Source: an uncultured delta proteobacterium
Lineage (GTDB): Bacteria; Myxococcota; Kuafuiibacteriia; Kuafuiibacteriales; Kuafuiibacteriaceae
Direction of reading: 5' to 3'
Assembly: GCA_963803435.1 (NCBI GenBank)
Contig: CAWDML010000003.1
Span: 1,037,781-1,101,780 of the forward strand
DNA: 64,000 nucleotides
The notes below the pieces were generated by a model. It saw only the letters and a list, made by a program, of their open reading frames with translations, made no database searches and was not told where the DNA came from. Of this stretch, positions 57,909-64,000 are shown piece after piece. Position numbers and translations under genes: made by a program. Numbering within the stretch: position 1 is the first letter of the stretch; every line of letters begins with the position of its first letter.

Positions 57909-60900
57909 TCAGACCGACGCGCTGGGGCGGGGTACGAGCATGGCGGCGAACCGCGCAGGATCTCGGATGCCTTCCCCGATCATCCACTTCACGCTCGCAT
58001 CGACGAGCGCCTGCCCCTCACGACCACCTGTCAACTCACCTTGCCGTTGCCGCGCCGCCGCGGCGTACAGGTTCATGTCCGCCTCGTCCAGCTCGCGGGC
58101 CGCACGCGCGTAGAGCGCGATCGCGTCGCCCGCGCGGCCTTGGTGATCCTCGCAGCCGGCGAGGAGGAGCCGCGCCAGTGGAATGCCCCACTGAACGCGC
58201 TCCTTCTCGATGCTGCGGGCGGCGCGCTCCACCGCCGGGAACGCGCCGGCCAGGAGCTCGGCCCGCGCCCGAAGGTGGGCCGCCTCGATCCGGATCTGTT
58301 GGACGCGAAGGAGCATCGAGCGCTCCAGCTGGGGCCACATGCGCTCGACGTTGGTGAGGGCCCGATCGACCGACCCGCAGTAGAGATCGAGGTGCACCTC
58401 GGCCAGCAGGTCGTTGTAGTGCTGGAGATGGAAACCGCGCTGGGACCATCGTCCCATGCTGGCGGCGAGCACTGCGCGCGCGCCGTCGACGTCGTCCTTC
58501 GCGACCCAGGCGAGGTTGGGAAGCCCGGTGGCGAGGTGGGTGGCGGCGTAGAGATCGCCGCGTCGCTGGGCCTCGCGAAGGCGCAGCGGTACCTCTCGAG
58601 CGAGCTCACGTATGCCACCGAGATACGCCAGCGCCCAGAAGCTCATGTGCTGCGCGGTGGCGGTCTCCCAGGCCGCGCCGGTGCAGCGCTCGACGAAGAA
58701 GCGCTCGGCGCGGTGATAGTGAGCGCGCGCGTCGTTCCAGCGTCCGACCAGGTTCTCCGCCATGCCGGCGGCCAGGGCGCAGAACCCGATCGCGTGCGGA
58801 TGATCGATGCGCCTCGCGATCGCTTCGCCCATCGCGATCAGGCGGCGAGCCTTCGCGTAGCCCGGTCCTCCCGCGGTCGCGATGGTGAGCGCCTCGCCGG
58901 CGAAGGCCCGGGCGACGCGGTACGGCTCGCCTGCGTCGAGCGCCCACAGGAAGTGTGCGGCCTGAAAGTCGAGCGATCGGATCACGTCGATCAGCCCCAG
59001 CCCGAGCGCACCGGACCAGCAGACGTCGATCTTCGCGAGCGTGGCCGGGTCGACGCGGTCGGGGCTCTTCTCGACGTACGAGGTGCCGCGGATCGCGATG
59101 CGCGCCCGGCGGAGCAAGAGGGAGGCGAGCGCACGCCGCGGAGACTTGGGGACGGAGAGGCCGACTGCGCGCGTGACCTGATCCAGGACCGCGAGCCCCG
59201 CGTCGACATGTCCGGCGCGCAGGAGCTGCTCGGCCGCGAGACGCTCGAGGATGCGCGCGGGCTGGCCGCCGTCGATCGGTTCCAGCCGCTTCGCACCCGA
59301 GAGGTACGCGTCCGCGGATTCGGCACCGCGACCCGCGTTGGCGAGGGCGTCGCCGAGGCGGGCGTAGTGCTGGTGGACGTTGGGGGCGGCCGGATCGAGA
59401 TCGATCGCCTTCCGGAACAGCTCCGCGGCGCGGTCGAAGGCGAGCATGGAGAAGGCGTGCTCGGCGGCGCGGGCTGCGAAGATGCCGGCGCCGGCGCTCC
59501 GCCCGCCGCCCGCAAAGTGCGCCGCCAGACCTTCGGCGTCGGCGGGCTCGAGGGATTCGATCGCCTCGGCGAGGGCGAGGTGGATCCTCGCCAGCTCGTC
59601 CTGATCGAGGAGGGAGACCGCGCGCTCGCGGATCCGATCATGGAAGATCTCCATGAGATCGTCGCCGCGCGCGCCGTGGGTCCGGATCAGATGCTGGTGC
59701 CGCAACGCCGCGATCGGCTCGCGAGCCTCCGCGTCGAGGCCCGCGGCTCGCACCGCCACCGACTGTTTGATCGGGCGGCCGGCGACAGCCACCACCTCGA
59801 GCAGACGGCGCGCCGCCGGGGCGAGGCGATCGAAGCGCCCCTCGAGCACCGTATCGAGGGTGATCGCGTCGAAGACCAGATCCCTGCGGTTCGGCTTCGG
59901 CTTGCTCCGCGCATAGCGAGCCAGCTCCGAGATGAAGAACGGGTTGCCGCCCGACTCCCGCGCGATCGAGCTCGCGGTCTGCTCCACTGTCCGGCCGGCG
60001 GTCGGCTCGTCGAGGAGCTCGATCGCGAGCGAGCGCGCCTCGTCCTCGGCCAGCGCGTCGAGCCCGATCTCGCGAACCTCCGCGTCGATGTCACGGAGGC
60101 GCTCTACGAACAGGGCGTCGTCATCACCGGAGCGGTGGCATGCGATCAGCAACACGGGGGGCGCCGAGGGCGGCTCCAGCAGCGCGGAGAGCAGCGCGGC
60201 GCTGTCGGCGTCGCCCCACTGCAGGTCGTCGATGAAGAGCACGATCGGCCGGACCCGTGCGAGGCGAGACAGCAGGCTGCGGAGCGATCGCACGGCGCGC
60301 CGGAAGCGCTCGGCGGGATCGCTGGCGGGAGGCGTGGCGCCGGCGCGGATGGCGTCGACGCGCTCGAGCACCGGGAACAAGCAGGCGATGGCGGCGGCGT
60401 CCTCCGGCAGCACCTCCGAGCGCGTCGCCGGGTCGAGGAGCATCAAGCGATGGCAGAGCGCGTCGACGATCGGATCGAGCGCCTTGAACGGGACGGACTC
60501 CCGCTCGTAGCAGCGTCCGGCCAGGACGAGGGCGCGCTCCTCCTTCTCCAGATCGTCCAGGAATTTGCGCACCAGGAGCGTCTTGCCGATGCCGGAGGGA
60601 CCGCTCACCAGCGTGACCAGCGTGTGCCCCGCGGCCGCCGCCCGGAGCGCGTCGTCGAGGGCGTCGAGCTGCCGGCGGCGCCCCACGAAGGCGCCGCCGC
60701 TCCGCGCCGTCCTCATCCCCAGCGGGAGCCGGCCTCCGAGACGCGCGAGGATCTCCGTGCCGCCGGGGCGGAGCGTCGGATCGAGGCGGAGCAGGTCGGC
60801 GGCGAGGAGATCCAGATCGGGCGGCAGCTCCGCGACCAGCGCGCTCGGCGGCGGCGGCTCGAAGCTGCGCTTGTCACGGAGGACCTGGTCGACGCCGCCG

Positions 60901-61541
60901 GTGAAGGGCAGCTGCCCGGTGAGGGCCTCGTAAAGGATCGTGCCCACGCCGTACCAGTCGGCTGCCGGCGAGAGCGGAACCGCGGCCGCCTGCTCCGGAG
61001 ACATGTACGCGGCGGTCCCGCAGACGCGACGGCGTCCGCCCAGCTCGAAGCCGCCCGGATCGATCTCGGTGACCAGTCCGAAGTCGAGCAGCACGGCGCG
61101 GTTCTCCGGAGTGACGAGCACGTTGCTCGGCTTGATGTCGCGGTGGAGCTTGCCGGCGGCGTGGAGCGCGATCACGCCGCGGCAGAGCTGGCGGAGCGCG
61201 TCGCGAAGTCGATCGTAGTCGGAGGCGGCGCGCTCGGCGGCCACGTACGTGAGGAGGTCGACGCCGAACACCAGCTCCATCGTGAAGAACCAGACCCCGT
61301 CGTCGACGGCGAGCTCGTACAAGCTGGCGATGTTCTCGTGGCGGACGTCGGCCAACGCCCGGAACTCCTGCTTGAAGCGGAACAGCGCGAGCGGATCGAC
61401 GGTCCGGAGCGTCTTGAGGGCGACGTCGCGGTTCGTCTCGAGATTGCGGGCCAGGTAGACGACCCCGACCGAGCCCTCCCCCAGGCGGCGCTCGATCCGG
61501 TAGCGGGCGTTGCCGGTGAAGTCGGCAAGAGACTCCTCCAC
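57909..61541 (-). CDS. Ser/Thr protein kinase - AAA ATPase - helical repeat protein
   Basis: GEGSVG, VALK, HRDIKPSN, DFG and YMSPEQ; FVGR, GPSGIGKT, IDDLQWGD, GGNPFF and FHDRIRE. Confidence 0.92.
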   Translation of the reverse strand: MEESLADFTGNARYRIERRLGEGSVGVVYLARNLETNRDVALKTLRTVDPLALFRFKQEFRALADVRHENIASLYELAVDDGVWFFTMELVFGVDLLTYVAAERAASDYDRLRDALRQLCRGVIALHAAGKLHRDIKPSNVLVTPENRAVLLDFGLVTEIDPGGFELGGRRRVCGTAAYMSPEQAAAVPLSPAADWYGVGTILYEALTGQLPFTGGVDQVLRDKRSFEPPPPSALVAELPPDLDLLAADLLRLDPTLRPGGTEILARLGGRLPLGMRTARSGGAFVGRRRQLDALDDALRAAAAGHTLVTLVSGPSGIGKTLLVRKFLDDLEKEERALVLAGRCYERESVPFKALDPIVDALCHRLMLLDPATRSEVLPEDAAAIACLFPVLERVDAIRAGATPPASDPAERFRRAVRSLRSLLSRLARVRPIVLFIDDLQWGDADSAALLSALLEPPSAPPVLLIACHRSGDDDALFVERLRDIDAEVREIGLDALAEDEARSLAIELLDEPTAGRTVEQTASSIARESGGNPFFISELARYARSKPKPNRRDLVFDAITLDTVLEGRFDRLAPAARRLLEVVAVAGRPIKQSVAVRAAGLDAEAREPIAALRHQHLIRTHGARGDDLMEIFHDRIRERAVSLLDQDELARIHLALAEAIESLEPADAEGLAAHFAGGGRSAGAGIFAARAAEHAFSMLAFDRAAELFRKAIDLDPAAPNVHQHYARLGDALANAGRGAESADAYLSGAKRLEPIDGGQPARILERLAAEQLLRAGHVDAGLAVLDQVTRAVGLSVPKSPRRALASLLLRRARIAIRGTSYVEKSPDRVDPATLAKIDVCWSGALGLGLIDVIRSLDFQAAHFLWALDAGEPYRVARAFAGEALTIATAGGPGYAKARRLIAMGEAIARRIDHPHAIGFCALAAGMAENLVGRWNDARAHYHRAERFFVERCTGAAWETATAQHMSFWALAYLGGIRELAREVPLRLREAQRRGDLYAATHLATGLPNLAWVAKDDVDGARAVLAASMGRWSQRGFHLQHYNDLLAEVHLDLYCGSVDRALTNVERMWPQLERSMLLRVQQIRIEAAHLRARAELLAGAFPAVERAARSIEKERVQWGIPLARLLLAGCEDHQGRAGDAIALYARAARELDEADMNLYAAAARQRQGELTGGREGQALVDASVKWMIGEGIRDPARFAAMLVPRPSASV

Positions 61542-61607
61542 CGACGCGGATCGTACTCGGTCGACCGGCGGATGACCCCTGGGCTGGGGATTGGGCAGTG
61601 TAGGGGG

Positions 61608-62381
61608 ATGTCATGCTGGGGCCTACTTCTGCTCGGCCTGGCCGGCTGCGTCTTCGAGCCGCCGCCGGCGGAGGTCCTGGCGGTGCCGGTGCGGGCGCCC
61701 GTGCTGACGTCGATGGCGGCCTCCCAGATCCGGGTGGGCGAGGTCCTCGCGTTCTCGGGCGACGACTTCGTCCCGCCGGAGATCGGCGTCGTCGAGGTCA
61801 CCTTCGACGGGATGTTCCTCGCCGACGGCGCGCCGGTCCCCGTCGAGACGACGCTCACCGCCGCGCGCACCGAGATCCGCCGCATCGAGACCCCGTTCGG
61901 TCCCATCGACATCCCCTTCACCGAGGCGGGCAACGTCGCGGGCGTGTTTCGAGGCCGTGTCCGCGCGAGGAACGTCGCCTTCGACGGTCGCGTGGCGGAG
62001 CAGGAGCCGCCGGCAGGCGTCGAGGTCGAGCTGACGGTGCTGCCGTCGCTGGTGGTGCGAGGGCTCGAGGCGAAGCTGCAGCATGTCGCGCTCACGCCGC
62101 CCGACGCGCTCGCCGGCACGCCGTACCGGCTGACGATCGAAGCGGTCGGCTTCTCGCTGGCGTCGATCGAGTATCACTTCGGCGGTGGTGTGCGGATCGA
62201 CGGCGCTCATGTGGACCGGGTGATACACGACGCCCTGGGCGCGACGGATGCGCTCGGCGACCGGGAGCTCCTCGAGTTCGCTCCAGAATACGACGAGGAC
62301 GTGGCTGCGATCGTGATCGATGCCTCGTCCGAGGACGGCGAGACCCACGTGTTCCCGCTGAATGTGATCGTTCATCAGTGA
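61608..62381 (+). CDS. Hypothetical lipoprotein
   Basis: MSCWGLLLLGLAGC lipobox; beta-rich, coding-like frame up to the stop at 62381. Confidence 0.6.
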   Translation: MSCWGLLLLGLAGCVFEPPPAEVLAVPVRAPVLTSMAASQIRVGEVLAFSGDDFVPPEIGVVEVTFDGMFLADGAPVPVETTLTAARTEIRRIETPFGPIDIPFTEAGNVAGVFRGRVRARNVAFDGRVAEQEPPAGVEVELTVLPSLVVRGLEAKLQHVALTPPDALAGTPYRLTIEAVGFSLASIEYHFGGGVRIDGAHVDRVIHDALGATDALGDRELLEFAPEYDEDVAAIVIDASSEDGETHVFPLNVIVHQ

Positions 62382-62396
62382 TGATACGCTGACGCG

Positions 62397-63254
62397 GTGC
62401 GCGGGGCGTTTGCAGCCATCCTCGGGACTCTGATCTCCACACCGGCGCTGGCCAAGCCGACCCGGATCGCCGTGCTCGAGGTGGCCGTCGACGGCGGTGC
62501 CGATCCGACGATGAAGGGTCAGATCACCGGCAGGATCGCCGACGTGGTCGGCCGGCGCGAGAACGTGGAGGTCATCGCCCCCGACGACATCCGCGCCATC
62601 CTGGAGAAGGAGGCGGAGAAGCAGCTCCTCGGCTGCGACGACCAGAGCTGTCTCGCCGAGATCGGCGGCGCGCTCGGTGCGGACATCCTGCTCAAAGGCC
62701 GAGTGAGCAAGCTCGAAGACGGCTATGCCGTCACGCTCTCGGCGGTCGACGCCACCACCGCCAATCCGCTCGGGCACGCCAGCGAGACCTGGCGCGGCGA
62801 GTCGATCGGGCTCCTCGATCTGGTGGTGCCGATGGTCGATCGCGCGCTCGCCGCCAAGGGCGAGGTGCTCGAGGGATCGATCGAGGTCACCGGCGCGAAC
62901 GAGGGCGCGCAGATCTTCGTCGATGACCAGATCCGCGGCACTGCACCGGCGGGACAGATGGGCAACGTCGGCATCGGCGCCCGCTGCCTGCGGGTGGTAG
63001 CCGACGGCTACGTGCCGTTCGAGCGCTGGGTCGTCGTACAGAAGAACCGGACCACCAGCGTGCCCGTTCAGCTGGTGGCGCTGGAGTCGGCGCCGTTCTA
63101 CGCGACGTGGTGGTTCTGGACCCTGACCGCCGGCGCGGTGGTGGGTGCAGGCGTGGCGACCGCCGTGCTGGTGACGCGCGACGACACGCCGGGTGGTTCC
63201 ACCGGGGTCAACATCTCGGTCAACGCTGACTCCGCGTTCACGGGAGGGCGATGA
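62397..63254 (+). CDS. PEGA domain-containing protein
   Basis: Signal peptide; LGCDDQSCLAEIGGALGA; GAQIFVDD..RG..P...GY (PEGA); PFYATWWFW C-terminal TM segment. Confidence 0.8.
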   Translation: MRGAFAAILGTLISTPALAKPTRIAVLEVAVDGGADPTMKGQITGRIADVVGRRENVEVIAPDDIRAILEKEAEKQLLGCDDQSCLAEIGGALGADILLKGRVSKLEDGYAVTLSAVDATTANPLGHASETWRGESIGLLDLVVPMVDRALAAKGEVLEGSIEVTGANEGAQIFVDDQIRGTAPAGQMGNVGIGARCLRVVADGYVPFERWVVVQKNRTTSVPVQLVALESAPFYATWWFWTLTAGAVVGAGVATAVLVTRDDTPGGSTGVNISVNADSAFTGGR

Positions 63255-63255
63255 G

Positions 63256-64000
63256 GTGAGGGCCGTGCTCCTGGCGGCGCTCGTGCTCGGCGGGTGCCAG
63301 CCCAGCACCCCGGCGCGGCTCGTCGTGCCGGGACAGGTCAGGAGGGCGCTCTCGATCCTCTCCGATCTGACCGCCACCGCGGAGCTGGTGAGGAGCGATG
63401 GGACGCGCCAGGCGCCGGTGGCGCTCCTGCGTGCGGGCGACGGCGTCTCCTTCTCCGGCTTCCTCCCGGCGGAGCCTGGCGACTATCAGCTCGAGGTGGT
63501 GTTCCGAGGCGTGCCAGCCGGCCGGGCCGATCCGATGTTCCTGGGTCGCTGGATCAGCGACGGCTTCACCGTGTCCGCCGGCGGCGCCGCCAACCCCAGC
63601 TTCTCGGCGGCGCTCGACACGATCGGCCGCCCGGAGGACCGCGGCGATCCGGATGGAGACGGCTTTGGCAACCTGGACGAGATCATCTGGGGCACGGACC
63701 CGGACGCCGCCGACTCGGATGGTGACGGCGTCGTCGACGGCGCCGACTGCGCACCGACCGATCCGGCGAACACCTTCACGATCGTGGCCGGCGGGTCCAT
63801 CGAGGATTGCGACGGCGACGGCGTGAAACGTCCCGACGTCCCGATCGGGGGCGGCGGCAACGACTGCGACGATCGCGACCCGACCATCCATCCCGGCGTC
63901 ACCGACGACTGCAGCGACGGCGTCGACTCGGATTGCAACCCGAGCACGTGTCCCTCGAACGACGTCACCGCGCCGGTGATCGTCTCGGTCGAGCCTCCGC
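63256..64000 (+). CDS. Lipoprotein with DxDGDG and MopE-like putative metal-binding repeats, 3'-partial
   Basis: Absent from the ORF track because it has no stop in the window. GTG start then RAVLLAALVLGGC; DPDGDG, DSDGDG..DGADC and DCDDRDPTIHPG..DDCSDGVDSDC. Confidence 0.75.
   Translation, partial: MRAVLLAALVLGGCQPSTPARLVVPGQVRRALSILSDLTATAELVRSDGTRQAPVALLRAGDGVSFSGFLPAEPGDYQLEVVFRGVPAGRADPMFLGRWISDGFTVSAGGAANPSFSAALDTIGRPEDRGDPDGDGFGNLDEIIWGTDPDAADSDGDGVVDGADCAPTDPANTFTIVAGGSIEDCDGDGVKRPDVPIGGGGNDCDDRDPTIHPGVTDDCSDGVDSDCNPSTCPSNDVTAPVIVSVEPP

Noticed and set aside
58041-61607. Very long antisense and alternate-frame ORFs (also 1000..3570, 22740..25049, 37662..40559 and the upstream part of 14525..17647)
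   Set aside because: Shadow ORFs typical of high-GC DNA; they overlap genes with clear motifs and have none of their own.

Overview
This is a high-GC window whose protein style (many lipobox proteins, DUF1592/DUF1552 pair, kinase-AAA and PEGA proteins) suggests an uncultured Myxococcota/Deltaproteobacteria genome; that assignment is inference. In order it contains: (1) two SMP-30/gluconolactonase lipoprotein paralogues, one with two CxxCH haem motifs; (2) a translationally coupled ACP / AMP-ligase / UbiD operon; (3) a dispersed Wzx-type surface-polysaccharide locus (Wzx, MBOAT, deacetylase, short OPX plus beta-barrel, priming sugar transferase, GT2s, WecB) whose co-polymerase carries an N-terminal FHA domain instead of a tyrosine kinase; (4) phoBR-pstSCAB-phoU with a Pho-box-like repeat inside the phoR 3' end; (5) an 8x Ig-like lipoprotein; (6) a nested mobile-element stack (IS630 remnant; an IS1182 element with hexamer-array inverted ends and a four-helix-bundle passenger gene; a 3446-bp TGT...ACA transposon with a 5-bp target duplication and an ExeA-type ATPase); (7) a polyprenyl-phospho-arabinose-like pathway (HAD-UbiA, DprE1-like, DprE2-like, SMR flippase, two GT-C proteins); (8) a pseudokinase, a kinase-AAA protein and terminal lipoproteins. 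Seven +1 frameshifts in five otherwise intact host genes look like sequencing errors. No rRNA, tRNA or CRISPR array was seen. All family calls come from motif recognition by eye, not database searches.
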